The position numbers and the translations under genes are program-made. Below are positions 17,830 through 28,616 of a stretch of 64,000 nucleotides of DNA, one piece after another. Each line of letters starts with the position of its first letter. The first letter of the stretch is position 1. The notes below the pieces were generated by a model. It saw only the letters and a list, made by a program, of their open reading frames with translations, was not told the DNA's origin and searched no databases. Source of the DNA: an uncultured delta proteobacterium (GTDB lineage: Bacteria > Desulfobacterota > Desulfomonilia > UBA1062); the NCBI GenBank assembly GCA_963752595.1, contig CAVVYZ010000005.1:96001-160000 (forward strand). The letters are read 5' to 3'.

Positions 17830-19719
17830 TTAATCCCTCATCATCTGCACGGGTTCTTTCCGGCCGTCGTATTTGAATGACAGGGTGACCATCGTGCCTT
17901 CATCCGGGTTGCTCTGGATATTTAAACCTGCGCTGATCATTTTCGCACGGAATTTCATGATCTTCAAGCCCATCCCTGAAGAGGCATTGCCGGCCATGCC
18001 CTTGCCGTTGTCTTCGATGGTGAGCGTTACCACATCATCGTCGCACAGGAGCCCGATATCGACTCTCGTTGCTTGAGCGTGCCGGATGGCATTATAGATG
18101 GCCTCGTGCACGATGTAGTAGATATGGGTGCATACGGAGATATCATCCACCAGGATCGATTCGTGGTAGTTGAACGAGCAGGTGATCCCGTACACCTCCT
18201 GGATGTTCGATGCCATCTCCTGAAGAAGCGACTCCAGCCCGTGGTCTGCAAGGAACACCGGGCACAGCCCCCGGGAGAGCCTCCTGGTTTTTTGGATAGC
18301 CTCTTCAATGAGGCACCTGATCTTTTCCACCTCCCCGGTGGAGGGGACGATGTTCTCCTGGAGCTTCTTCTTCAGGAGCTCGCTCATCACCTCGATTCCG
18401 ATGAGGTGGGGGCCGAGATCGTCATGAAGATCCTGGCCGATCTTCTGCCTCTCCCGCTCCCCGATGGTCATGATTTCGCGCTCGAGTGTCTTTTTCTCGG
18501 TTACATCTTCGATGGTTGCGATCATGCACGGCTCATCCCAGAGCATGATCACCTCGGCAGAGATGGTGGCCATCCGGATATCGCCCGAACACGTGCAGAG
18601 CTCCGTATCGAATCCCCTCACCTGGCCCTGACTGACCAGCGCATTGATCATCCGTTCATAATCATCCGACGAGCGGAAAAGCCCGACGCCCTTGATCGTC
18701 CTCCCGATCACCTCTTCCCTCTTATACCCGGATATCTTGGTGAAACTTTCATTCACGTTGAGGAAAAACCCTCCGTCTATCTTCCATATGACGATGCCCA
18801 CCGGAGATGACCGGAATGCCTTTGAAAACATCTCCTCGGAATTGCGCAGGGAATGGGCCAGGATGTTCACATATTGGCTGATGACTCCTATCTCCCCCTT
18901 TGTAAGCAACGGGATGGGCTCGACGTTCAAGTTTCCCTTTTCAAGCTCTGCAAGATTCTTAACCGTCATCATGAGCCCTGAGTGAATCCCTGCATTCGAT
19001 TCATAGACCGTGACGAATATCGCAGCCAGGGATAAAAATAGAATGATGAAGACGTGGGTGGTCAGGTCGGTGAACCGGACTCCCCCCAGATTCGAGAGAA
19101 AAAGAAAGTGCCCGAGGGTGACGAGCGGTATGATGAGGGCGGAAACAACGATCAGGGCTGTCCTGTAGGAGACGCTGAAGAGCTTGTACATGTGCCGGGG
19201 GATATATACGCCTCTGATCCTCTCGTCCATGAGCAAAGGCGCCAGGAGGTGTTCGGTCGTGCTGTATGAGATGACGCTGTTTATGGGGATGCACAGCAGC
19301 AGAATAAAAACGGTCGGCAGCGTTTCGAACCACGTGAGCTCCACGAACGATCGCATCATGAGATAACAGCACAGAAGCCCGAATAACCAGCGGAGCGTGA
19401 TGATGGTGCTCTCGGAGCGCGGATACGAAAGGAGCCTGAGCTTTATGGAGGTATAGTCCTCCCTTTTCGCCTCCAGATCGGAGAGGATATTGGAGAGTTT
19501 CCATATCCTGACGAATATGCCGAAGAGCGTGGCCAGGGTAGCGGAAACGATGGATGCGGCGATGAGGTAGTTGAGCTTCTCACCTTTGTATCTGCCGGCT
19601 ATGGTCCCATAATACATGGCCAGAGGCACCACGATGAGATTGATGTAGAGCTCGAGCCGTACGGTAAGCCTCAGGATCAATCTCCATGCCGAGATCATAT
19701 GCACGCCCCGCTGATACAA
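17830..19719 (-). CDS. Membrane PAS sensor histidine kinase (HisKA_3 type)
   Basis: Multiple TMs, PAS domain, ERQKIGQDLHDDLG, EAIYNAIRHA and DNGKG motifs. Confidence 0.93.
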   Translation of the reverse strand: MYQRGVHMISAWRLILRLTVRLELYINLIVVPLAMYYGTIAGRYKGEKLNYLIAASIVSATLATLFGIFVRIWKLSNILSDLEAKREDYTSIKLRLLSYPRSESTIITLRWLFGLLCCYLMMRSFVELTWFETLPTVFILLLCIPINSVISYSTTEHLLAPLLMDERIRGVYIPRHMYKLFSVSYRTALIVVSALIIPLVTLGHFLFLSNLGGVRFTDLTTHVFIILFLSLAAIFVTVYESNAGIHSGLMMTVKNLAELEKGNLNVEPIPLLTKGEIGVISQYVNILAHSLRNSEEMFSKAFRSSPVGIVIWKIDGGFFLNVNESFTKISGYKREEVIGRTIKGVGLFRSSDDYERMINALVSQGQVRGFDTELCTCSGDIRMATISAEVIMLWDEPCMIATIEDVTEKKTLEREIMTIGERERQKIGQDLHDDLGPHLIGIEVMSELLKKKLQENIVPSTGEVEKIRCLIEEAIQKTRRLSRGLCPVFLADHGLESLLQEMASNIQEVYGITCSFNYHESILVDDISVCTHIYYIVHEAIYNAIRHAQATRVDIGLLCDDDVVTLTIEDNGKGMAGNASSGMGLKIMKFRAKMISAGLNIQSNPDEGTMVTLSFKYDGRKEPVQMMRD

Positions 19720-19839
19720 TGCAGCTGGTCCGGAATTGCATTCCTCATCAGCTCCTTTTATACTCTATATTCTCTCAACAGGAAACTCCATGAATATTTC
19801 GAAGCAGATGCATGTATCCGCCGCTTCAAAGTAATCTCG

Positions 19840-20385
19840 TCAGGGAATCACGACCCCGGCGCCAGGGCTCATTTTCCTCTCAATATAAGAGACGATCTCC
19901 CTCAGGAACTCAGGGTTATTGGTGTAGATGGGTGAGGTGATGATGTTCCCGTCAACCACCACGGGCACTTTATGCTGATAGAATGCCCCGGCATTGCGGA
20001 GATCGGCTTCCAGCGTCCAGTAGGCTGTGACCTTCTTACCCTTGACGACGCCGGCATTGATCAGTACCCACGGGCCGTGGCATATGGCTGCAATCAGCTT
20101 CCTGCTCTTGTCCATCTCACTGACGAACCGGACCACCTCGGGCATGATGCGGAGCTTATCCGGTGCTGCAACGCCTCCGGGGATCACCACAACATCGAAC
20201 TCATCTGCATCCAGATCCTTTACGGACATGGTGGCATCGGCAGGCACACCGTATTCTCCATACGCGATCTCTCCATCCGGCGTAGCCACTTCAACCCGGC
20301 ACATTATTTCCTTGAGCCGGTAGTAAGGGTATAAGAATTCTTCATCCTGAAAACCCTGTGCTGTGATAATGACAGCTGTAATCAT
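19840..20385 (-). CDS. PfpI/DJ-1 family type 1 glutamine amidotransferase-like protease/deglycase
   Basis: FQDEE, IPGG, AAICHGP and VVVDGNIITS motifs; GGAGG RBS before MITAV. Confidence 0.92.
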   Translation of the reverse strand: MITAVIITAQGFQDEEFLYPYYRLKEIMCRVEVATPDGEIAYGEYGVPADATMSVKDLDADEFDVVVIPGGVAAPDKLRIMPEVVRFVSEMDKSRKLIAAICHGPWVLINAGVVKGKKVTAYWTLEADLRNAGAFYQHKVPVVVDGNIITSPIYTNNPEFLREIVSYIERKMSPGAGVVIP

Positions 20386-20502
20386 ATGGTATCCTCCTTG
20401 AGAAGAATCATAGAGAGGAACGGGCAAGGCCTGCATAAGGTCTTGCCCGTAATGATACGTTGGATATGCCGCAAATCGGCAGCCGCTATCTTTTAAGAGA
20501 GA

Positions 20503-21687
20503 TCAGGATTCCGTGAACAAGATGGTGTACCCTCCGTTGATGGTAAAAGATCTTCTTTGCTCAGGTGTAAAGGTTCCCTCGGTTTCTTCCTCGATCTCGG
20601 TGTGTACGAGATCGGTAAAAATCACACCGCCCGTGCTTACCTGTTCGGGCCCGAAACCGAACTGCGTCATTACATCCACACTGTCCCTCTGCTCGGTATC
20701 CTTTATAAACCCGACAAGGTCGATCTGCCCGTTCATCAGATCGTCGATGATCCCTTCATCGGCATTGTCCCAACACTGCACAAAATTCCACCGGAAGCTG
20801 TCTCCGGCCCCGAGAAGACCGTCGTTATCGGTGTCGAGCCAGGTGAGCGTACGGGAAGATTCATCGGAAGAGCTTTCGGGGAATGTTCCGCAATCGAATG
20901 ACACGCTCCCGCTGCTTTCGAGTACATCTGCGCGGGCATTAATGGTATCTGTGGTCCTTGCCACGAAAATGGCCTGCTCGGCGAGTTCTTCGAGGACGAA
21001 AAAGGCCAGGCATGTTTTCTGCTGCCAGGGATAGATATTCCCATCCACGAGATCTTCAAAGGCGTCGAAATCATAAAAGACCGTCTCGCCATCATTCCTG
21101 CTCATATTTATGCCCACATTGCCATCGTTATTGACAAAGGCAGCATTGACTTTATTCCCATCATAGAAAAGCGAGAGCGAGCCCTGTGTGGGAAAATCAT
21201 CCTGGACTCCGGGGAGGCCGTCCTGAAATACGATCGGGTCTTCTACAAGGATGCTGAAATCCGTATCTGTCATCTCGCCCCAGAAGTTGCTCAGGACAAC
21301 ACGAAATGTCGAGCCGTCATTGAAGGTCACCTGCCTTGTCTGGGGATCATAGGTGCCGGTTATAGGATTATCGCTGCTGGTCCGTACCTGAAGCGTCCTA
21401 TCGCCTTGTGATCCAGGAATAGGCTGGGAAAGGGTCAGAAACGGATCGGTTGTATTTATGCTGAGGGTGAAATTGTAGAGATCGAGCATTTCCGGACCTA
21501 CCGGAGGCTGTTCGCCGTTATCTTCTTCCGACTGGTTTTCATCTCCCTGCTGGTCATTGTTTGCCTGCTCATCACGTGCTGCAGGATCGCTGTTGTGATG
21601 ATCACTGTGGCTGCAGGATGTGAGCATGATCGAAGAAACAATGAGTAAGACGAACACCACGAATATTTTCCGAAATCTTCTCTCCAT
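20503..21687 (-). CDS. Acidic lipoprotein, unknown function
   Basis: MERRFRK-hydrophobic-LTSC lipobox followed by a low-complexity linker. Confidence 0.75.
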   Translation of the reverse strand: MERRFRKIFVVFVLLIVSSIMLTSCSHSDHHNSDPAARDEQANNDQQGDENQSEEDNGEQPPVGPEMLDLYNFTLSINTTDPFLTLSQPIPGSQGDRTLQVRTSSDNPITGTYDPQTRQVTFNDGSTFRVVLSNFWGEMTDTDFSILVEDPIVFQDGLPGVQDDFPTQGSLSLFYDGNKVNAAFVNNDGNVGINMSRNDGETVFYDFDAFEDLVDGNIYPWQQKTCLAFFVLEELAEQAIFVARTTDTINARADVLESSGSVSFDCGTFPESSSDESSRTLTWLDTDNDGLLGAGDSFRWNFVQCWDNADEGIIDDLMNGQIDLVGFIKDTEQRDSVDVMTQFGFGPEQVSTGGVIFTDLVHTEIEEETEGTFTPEQRRSFTINGGYTILFTES

Positions 21688-22208
21688 GTTTTTCTCCTTT
21701 CTTACCGGTTCTGGTATGGTTTTCATCATCTCTTAAAGGCACCATACCGGCCCTTGAAGTAGGTATGCGGGTTTTGTGCACCGGCACGGAGCAGGTACAA
21801 AGGTCTCGGAATCGGGTTCGATTGGATTCGTACAGGGATACCCTGCAAAGGAATGGGGGAAACAGGCGTTATAGCCCATTGATTCGAACCTCCTCTCACA
21901 TGTCGTGCCTCAAAGCCCTGAGTAAATTCTTTCATGCATACCGGCATTCATAAAAGGTGCTCTCTCGATATATTCCAAGGATGTTTCAGATCAGTCCGGG
22001 AAAGGAACAGTACGACCCTTGCCCGGTAATGAATCTATTCAGAGGTGTACCCAAGGAATAAGAAAGCTGGAGCCGGTACCTTTACTCGTGATTTTTCCAA
22101 TTGAAAGTATAATAATGATCAGGTGTCAGAGGCTCAATACTGTGAGCAGAAATCACCTTGATCACAGGGAATTATCAGGCGGACGGAGGGCAACTTCGCA
22201 CGTGGCGA

Positions 22209-22880
22209 CTATGGAAGGTGCACAGTCGGATAACGGGAAAGCCTGTAAGCTGCTGAGCTCAAGGCCCGGTCTTCCGGTACTTGCCGGGCTCTATGGCCGG
22301 AGGGGTCATCATTTCCGGGTATTTCCCGGTGATGCCTGAGTAGAAAGAACTGATCTTCTCCATATCGGCTTTCATATCGCCCGTAGGGAGTCAATACCGG
22401 GCCGATGCCGCACGTCTTGCTGCGATAATCGATGAATGCCAGCACAAGAGGAACACCTGCGCCTACAGCGATATGATAGAACCCGGTTTTCCAATAGCTC
22501 GTCTTTCTCCGGGTGCCTTCCGGTGCAAGTGCAATGATCAGCCTTTCCTGCTCATGAAAAACCTGAATAATACGATCCACCATGTTCTGCGATCTGTTCC
22601 GGTTGATGGGGATACCGCCTATCCAGTGGAATAAATTGACGAAAGGAGGTTTAAAAAGATTATCTTTCCCTATCCAGTAGATCTTGGCCTTCAACACGAA
22701 TGCTGTAAGAATGCCGATGACGAAATCCCAGTTCGAGGTATGGTATGCAGCGATGATCACATATTTGGGCAAGTCCGGCAGCTGCCCTGTTACGCGCCAT
22801 CCCAATGCCTTCAGGCACACCCGGGAAAACAGCCGGAAGAAAGATCCGATGACAGGTGTCTCGAATATCGTGTACTGCAT
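22209..22880 (-). CDS. PlsC-like acyltransferase, C-terminus probably frameshifted
   Basis: HTSNWD, GGIPINR, APEGTR and WKTGFY motifs. Confidence 0.88.
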   Translation of the reverse strand: MQYTIFETPVIGSFFRLFSRVCLKALGWRVTGQLPDLPKYVIIAAYHTSNWDFVIGILTAFVLKAKIYWIGKDNLFKPPFVNLFHWIGGIPINRNRSQNMVDRIIQVFHEQERLIIALAPEGTRRKTSYWKTGFYHIAVGAGVPLVLAFIDYRSKTCGIGPVLTPYGRYESRYGEDQFFLLRHHREIPGNDDPSGHRARQVPEDRALSSAAYRLSRYPTVHLP

Positions 22881-23079
22881 GAGATGATAAAGCCCCTTTC
22901 TCTTGATGAGTGTACCGGCCCTTATCATACACATCTGCAAGCCGATTGTAAAACCACCTCTTCATCAGACCGTTTTGTCATTTACATATGATTCTCACGT
23001 AGCATGCAGCACAAGTGAACAGTTTCGTGGTCAGGTTTTTGATTTCTCTTGATGGACTGACTGCATGATCTTAAAAAGT

Positions 23080-23110
23080 CCAAGAGCCGATGGGGTTCAT
23101 CGGCTCTTGG
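23080..23110 (-). terminator. Intrinsic terminator
   Basis: CCAAGAGCCGATG/CATCGGCTCTTGG stem with a nearby minus-strand U-tract, downstream of the atpZ-like gene. Confidence 0.7.
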
Positions 23111-23150
23111 GGTGTGTGGGGGTTAAAACCTTTATCAGTTGCGTATAAGA

Positions 23151-23432
23151 CTAGAGTTGATATCGGTACCTCTTGATGTTCTCCCGTGTCTTGATGAAGT
23201 CACCGTACATCCTGCCGATGCAAAGCGCGATGCCCAAGATGAACAGACCGATCATGAACCCGGGCTCCGTCCCTATCTTCTCATCGATCCACCTGCCCGC
23301 GAACAGAAACACAAACGAGGAAACAACTATGGTAAAGCTCCATGCACTCATCATCATTATGTGATTGAGGTTCCTTGCATCCTGGACCTTCTTATTCATC
23401 CGTACCATACCTGTTCCCTCCTTTCTTCTCAT
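23151..23432 (-). CDS. AtpZ/AtpI (ATPase gene 1)-like small membrane protein
   Basis: Two TMs with the F.GRWIDEK.GT.P.FMIGLFILG signature. Confidence 0.7.
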   Translation of the reverse strand: MRRKEGTGMVRMNKKVQDARNLNHIMMMSAWSFTIVVSSFVFLFAGRWIDEKIGTEPGFMIGLFILGIALCIGRMYGDFIKTRENIKRYRYQL

Positions 23433-23506
23433 CCCCGCCCATAAGCCCCTTGCTCGGCTACCCTGCTCAAGGGCGGGTCCTCACCAGGTCCTTTATCCCT
23501 TCTCCC

Positions 23507-23782
23507 TTAGCTTACCAGATTCTTTACCGCTCCGATTACCGGAGCCGTGAACATCGCTACCAGCACCGCGTACAGCGCAAATGACCCAACCGCTTCGCTT
23601 AAGTACATCCTCGGATACCGGTGCTTCAATGATACGATCGTCATCCCGCCCATGATCAGACACCCAAGATGAAAGTACGGAAAGCTATCTCCTCCTGAGG
23701 TCGCATGCGCCGCAAATGCAAAACTTGACGTGATCAGTATTACAAAAAATGCTACGATTGCTGTCTGGACTGTTTTCTTCAT
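23507..23782 (-). CDS. Small membrane protein with signal-peptide-like N-terminus
   Basis: AAGGAGG RBS; signal-like segment plus two hydrophobic segments. Confidence 0.7.
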   Translation of the reverse strand: MKKTVQTAIVAFFVILITSSFAFAAHATSGGDSFPYFHLGCLIMGGMTIVSLKHRYPRMYLSEAVGSFALYAVLVAMFTAPVIGAVKNLVS

Positions 23783-23835
23783 GGTAAGGACCCTCCTTAT
23801 TATTCTCTTTTTGTGTGCTTGCTGCCCCTTCTCTT

Positions 23836-23852
23836 AGGAAAAACCGTGCCAA
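23836..23852 (-). promoter_or_regulatory. Sigma54-type -24/-12 promoter
   Basis: Minus strand TTGGCACGGTTTTTCCT (-12 box TTCC instead of TTGC), about 55 nt upstream of 23782. Confidence 0.55.
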
Positions 23853-24241
23853 CTCTCCGCAACCATGATTTTAACCTTCCAGCTTATTGTTTTTACTCGT
23901 TTTATCAGCAGATAGCCACTGGCACCCCTAGACAAAATACACCCGCATACTCGCTAAGAATTAAATGGAATGTTCAGCCCGTTCGATGAAACGTTGAATG
24001 AAACCAGCTTCGGCCGGTGCTGAAAAGTGAAAATAAAAACTTTCATCCGGAGACATGCACGAAGCAGTAAGCATACTCCCTTTCATTCGCCAAAGAAGTT
24101 AACAGGCATATCGCATGCGATTCTGATTACCTGTCGCACTTTTCGTTCAACGAGCGGGGGAGGGATTGAACGATATGTTTAATGGAAGGGGGATGAACCG
24201 GGGAGTGTGCCGTGGGTGGGGAGGCTGGAAATTAGGTTGTA

Positions 24242-24297
24242 AATCAGATGGTTGGTCAGGTTTCAGGAGGGAGGTATGCGATTGGCATATCTATTGC
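24242..24297 (+). promoter_or_regulatory. Sigma54-type promoter with an upstream IHF-like site
   Basis: TGGCATATCTATTGC at 24283-24297; AATCAGATGGTTG at 24242-24254 fits WATCARN4TTR. Confidence 0.7.
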
Positions 24298-24377
24298 TCA
24301 ATGGTAGTCAGCATTGAGAATTCATTCACTCGGTGCTTACGGTACGAAAACTATTGCACAATGAAAGGAGAAATAAC

Positions 24378-24755
24378 ATGTATCGCAATTCAGCTAAAAT
24401 TTTATTCTCTTTTGCAGCAACTGCAGCCGTCTGGATACTGGCTTCACCGGTTGCCGCCTTTGCAGCGGATGTCATCCCTCAGCAGGCGCCTTATGTAAAG
24501 GTCATCTTCTCGGTGGGCGCCATGATCGGCGCCGGCCTCGCTATCGGGCTCGGCTGTATCGGCGCTGGTGCGGGCATCGGTAATGCCGCGGCAGGTGCTT
24601 CCGAGGCAGTGGGCAGAAACCCGGCGGCTCAGGGCAAGATCATGATGACCATGATGGTCGGTATGGCCATGGCCGAGTCCATCGCCATCTACTCCCTGGT
24701 CATTTCGCTCATTCTCCTCTTTGTGAACCCGTTCAAGGCTTTCTTGTTCGGTTGA
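24378..24755 (+). CDS. atpE: F-type ATP synthase subunit c with N-terminal extension, orphan
   Basis: [22 protein letters not shown] loop and AESIAIY motifs; AAGGAG RBS. Confidence 0.93.
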   Translation: MYRNSAKILFSFAATAAVWILASPVAAFAADVIPQQAPYVKVIFSVGAMIGAGLAIGLGCIGAGAGIGNAAAGASEAVGRNPAAQGKIMMTMMVGMAMAESIAIYSLVISLILLFVNPFKAFLFG

Positions 24756-24879
24756 TGTGCTGAAAGTGACTGACGGGAGAATATATAATTGTTACCAGTT
24801 TCACGAACAACTAAAGTATGAACAAACCGGCGTAAGAGTTTGTAAAGAATACGCTTCAAACAATAAGGGGGAAAAATAA

Positions 24880-26182
24880 ATGCCTGAAACAATCAAAGGA
24901 AGTCGCATTCTCACGGTTGCGAGGTTATTTTTCCTGCTCGTAGTCATCCCCTTATTACTGATATCTTCCCTCATTGCCTTCAGCATTGTCCACTTCGGCG
25001 GCATGTCCAAGTCAGGGGCCATGCTGGCTCTGGATCAGAAGTCTCAAGCAGGAGATCAAGGTGCGCGCGGTCGATCTGGGCCAGAACATCGCGGATTTCC
25101 TGCGTGAGCGCCAGAAAGACGCGCTCATCGCCACCATCATTCCTGCCACTGCTTCCGCATACAAGGATTTCCTCACCACCAAGACGGGCTCCCTGTGGGT
25201 CAAAACCGACCAGGGCATCGTCAAGGAGCAGCTGCCGTTGTATGTGGAGATGTCATTTATCGACAGAAACGGCCAGGAGGTCATCAAACTGGTGGACGGC
25301 CAGGTTGTTCCGGGAAACACACTCCAGAACGTGAGCAACCCTGCCAATACGACCTATAAGTCCGAAGATTACTTCCTCAAGGCAAAGGGTCTGGACAAGG
25401 GTCAGGTGTATCTGTCTCACATGACCGGGTGGTATGTGAACAAGGCTGAATTCGAGCAAGGGAAGAGATTCAAGGGGATCATTCGAATGGCGACACCGCT
25501 GTTCGACAAGCAGGGATTCATCGGGGTAGTGGCTCTTGCCCTCGATGCACGGCACCTCGCACGATATACGGACAACATCATCCCGACCGAGTCCGAGTAT
25601 GTCATCAAGGCAGATGCCTCAACCGGCAACTATGCCTACATGGTAGACGAGAAGGGTTTCGTCATCGCCCATCCGCTCGATTACCACATAGCAGGGTTGT
25701 ACAAGGACGGCACACAGGTGCCTCCCATCAATCCCACCAACTATGACGAGATGAAGAAGCTGGGCGAAGAAGTGCTCAACCTCATCTCAATCGACGGGAT
25801 CGAGCCCGGCATGCCCGAAATAGCCAGGGAAGCCCTGGCCGGCAAGTCCGGGATCAAGACCTACAAGTTCGATGAACGCACCAAGATGGTTGCCTATGCT
25901 CCCATCCCCTTCTACTCCGCCGATTATCCCAAACCCGCAGGCTTCGGGTTCGTAGCCTTGGGCGTGGATATCGAAAAGTTCAACGAGCAGGCCAAGGTCA
26001 CTTCCGACAAGATCGAGAAAGAAGGCCAGGTCTGGCTCGCCACCATCGTCATCATCCTTTTCGGCGCCATGATCATCCTGTTCTCCATCGCCGCGATCCT
26101 CGCCAAAGGCATCAACCGCTCCATCGCCTCAGAGGTACCCCCCGATGCGCAGAAACCCCATGTATATGACGACGAAGACTAA
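24880..26182 (+). CDS. Cache-domain membrane protein without a cytoplasmic output domain, frameshift near 25045
   Basis: TM1 lies in ORF 24880. ORF 24974 has Cache motifs (EDYF, MATPLF, YAYMVDEKGFVIAHP, KMVAYAPI), TM2 and a short acidic tail. Confidence 0.78.
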
Positions 26183-26211
26183 CTGACACATCATAAGCTC
26201 ATTCACTACGA

Positions 26212-26251
26212 AAAAAGGGAAAGGCCCCGGCTACCGGGGCCTTTCCCTTTT
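26212..26251. terminator. Bidirectional-type intrinsic terminator
   Basis: AAAAAGGGAAAGGCCCCGG-CTA-CCGGGGCCTTTCCCTTTT. Confidence 0.85.
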
Positions 26252-26385
26252 AAGGATTCACGCTTTCACAAAGAAAGACCCTGACGGCTTAAAGAACAAT
26301 ACCGGCCTTGCGGTTTATTCCTCTTCAATTCTCTGCTAGACTGCAAAGCGCAGACAAAATTCCTCGTTCAAAAGGGACAGCCGCG

Positions 26386-27231
26386 ATGACGACACCGCAT
26401 ATGCTCGGAATCCTGTTCGCACTTGCCTCTGCAGTATCATGGGGCACAGGCGATTTCAGCGGAGGATTCGCCACAAAATCCCATAACCAGTTTCAGGTGC
26501 TCTTCCTCATGACTATCCCCGGAATCATTGTATTAACGCTCATCGCATATGCGGTCGGAGAGCCTTTCTCACAGGGCTCAGATGCTCTCTGGGCAGTGTC
26601 GGCAGGCCTATTGGGGGCATTCGGCATCGCATCCCTCTACCGGGGACTCTCGATGGGAAATGCTGCCGTTGTCGCACCGACAGCAGCGGTTATCGGTGCC
26701 GGCCTGCCCGTTGCCTTCAGCACTCTGTTCATCGGATTACCTGGGATATGGAAGACGCTGGGCTTCCTCACGGCGATTGCAGGGATATGGTGCGTATCGC
26801 GCCCCGTGGACGGAAAGCCGCATCTATCGAGCAAAGGCTTTATCCATGCGCTCATTGCAGGAGCCTGCTTCGGAGGATACTTCATCCTGATTGCCCAGGT
26901 TGAGCAGGGCATGATCTTTGCCCCGCTGGTATATGCCAAGATCGCGTCTCTGCTCGTCGCAGTCCTCGTCATCTTTTTCAAACGGGAGAAGCTCCCTGCG
27001 CTCACGGCAAGCCCGGTTGCCATTCTGGCCGGGGTATTCGATGCAGGAGGGAATGCGTTCTACATGCTTGCCAGACAGCACGTACGCCTCGATGTAGCTG
27101 CCGTGCTCGCATCCATGTACCCTGCCGTAACCGTGCTCCTTGCGAGCCTGGTCACCCGCGAGAATGTGGGCCGGTCCCAGTTGGCGGGCGTTGTCCTGTG
27201 CCTTGCCGCCATCGCGCTGATCAGCGCCTGA
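26386..27231 (+). CDS. DMT/EamA family transporter
   Basis: About 10 TMs; WGTGDFSGG and LASMYPAVTVLLA motifs. Confidence 0.9.
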   Translation: MTTPHMLGILFALASAVSWGTGDFSGGFATKSHNQFQVLFLMTIPGIIVLTLIAYAVGEPFSQGSDALWAVSAGLLGAFGIASLYRGLSMGNAAVVAPTAAVIGAGLPVAFSTLFIGLPGIWKTLGFLTAIAGIWCVSRPVDGKPHLSSKGFIHALIAGACFGGYFILIAQVEQGMIFAPLVYAKIASLLVAVLVIFFKREKLPALTASPVAILAGVFDAGGNAFYMLARQHVRLDVAAVLASMYPAVTVLLASLVTRENVGRSQLAGVVLCLAAIALISA

Positions 27232-27248
27232 GATTGAAAGCATCTGCT

Positions 27249-28517
27249 TTACTGGTCGCCGTTCTTCATAAAGAGCATGGACGCATAGGTAACGGCACTG
27301 CGTGTGGCTGTTTCGTTATAGACCCTCCGGCGCAGGAGCTTCGGAGTGCAGGGCCGGAGAAGCCATGAGGAGAGCACCAGCGATGGCAGGCCGCATATAT
27401 TGCAGTAGTCTTTCGTTTCTGCGGCACAAGCAAAGATCTTTTCCGGGCTTCCTTCTTCAAGGGCTGCTATAACGGCCTCATCATATGCCTGCGCCTTCGG
27501 CAGAAGGCCTTCCGCAGGTCTGTCGTGTCCGAATTTCGGGCCTACGTGGGAGAAGTCCACCCCGGAGACGATCAGTGTCTTCAATCCTCTCTCGGCAGTC
27601 AGATCCTGCACGGCCTGTTTCATGGCAAGGAACCTGTGGTCTTTCAGCGGGTCTTTTTCCGCATGGATGAACTCGTGTATGCTGCCGCAAAGAATAGGTA
27701 CGATCTTCGGACCGTCGCCGAGATAGTGCTTGAGGAAGACCGTCTGGAACTCCACAGAATGTTCGGTTTTATGGTCGAAATCGCTCGCGGCCAAAGCCCC
27801 TTCGGGAAGCCTTGCGCGCAGCCCGGCCACGAAATCCCGGTCTGTATGCAGGGTGCCGAGTGGCGTGAGATAATCCTTGTCGGAGACTGACCAGAGCCCG
27901 TGAGAGCCGTTGTGGTTGATGCCGAAAATGATTACAAGGTCATACTGCCTGCCTTCGAGGTAGCGGTACGCGTCAACGTACGTTTCCAAGGCAATGGAGA
28001 TATCGATATGCGGGGCGAGTATGCCCAAGATATCACCGGAGAGGATCTCCTCATCCGGGGGCGGCAATTTCTGGCGGGCCTGCTCGATACACTCCCGGAG
28101 CCTTTCAGGGTCCTTCTCATAGCTTGTGCCCGCCAGGGATGCCGTACGTTCCCGGGCACGGCTGAACTCATCCAGGACAGCCTGTTTGCGGGCAAAAAAG
28201 AGCTCACTCTCGAGCAGCAGGGATTCGTCCAGCGTATGGATAAAGTCTTCGATCTCTTGAATGGGGATGATGTTTCCGCCGTTTGCATGCATAAGCTCTA
28301 TCTGGATATCCTTCACGCTGTGGGTGCCGTCGAGCATCCTCAGGAGCGGTACTACGCTTAAGTCCAGTGCTATCCCGGCCTCTGCAAGATGCAGCGGGTC
28401 GAGAAAAAAGATCATGCGCTGCTTCCCTGCAGAGACGGGAACCGGCTGAATATCGCTTCTCAACTTCAGATTGTTCACTTCATCTCCTTTTCTGAGCGGA
28501 AGATGACCGGGATTCAC
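27249..28517 (-). CDS. MEMO1-family protein (AmmeMemoRadiSam protein B)
   Basis: APHID, TPLG, HKTEHSVEFQ, VDFSHVG and ICG motifs. Confidence 0.88.
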   Translation of the reverse strand: MNPGHLPLRKGDEVNNLKLRSDIQPVPVSAGKQRMIFFLDPLHLAEAGIALDLSVVPLLRMLDGTHSVKDIQIELMHANGGNIIPIQEIEDFIHTLDESLLLESELFFARKQAVLDEFSRARERTASLAGTSYEKDPERLRECIEQARQKLPPPDEEILSGDILGILAPHIDISIALETYVDAYRYLEGRQYDLVIIFGINHNGSHGLWSVSDKDYLTPLGTLHTDRDFVAGLRARLPEGALAASDFDHKTEHSVEFQTVFLKHYLGDGPKIVPILCGSIHEFIHAEKDPLKDHRFLAMKQAVQDLTAERGLKTLIVSGVDFSHVGPKFGHDRPAEGLLPKAQAYDEAVIAALEEGSPEKIFACAAETKDYCNICGLPSLVLSSWLLRPCTPKLLRRRVYNETATRSAVTYASMLFMKNGDQ

Positions 28518-28616
28518 AAAGACAGGTATCCGCTTAAGGGCGTATTTCCCCTGCTGTCAAAGACCGGCGCTCTTAAAAAGGTCTGATGAGAAACAAAAAG
28601 CTTCGTGTAAGGCTGG

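Noticed and set aside
21881-21890. tRNA T-loop-like GGTTCGAATC on the minus strand
   Set aside because: No T-stem, acceptor stem or anticodon arm can be formed around it.
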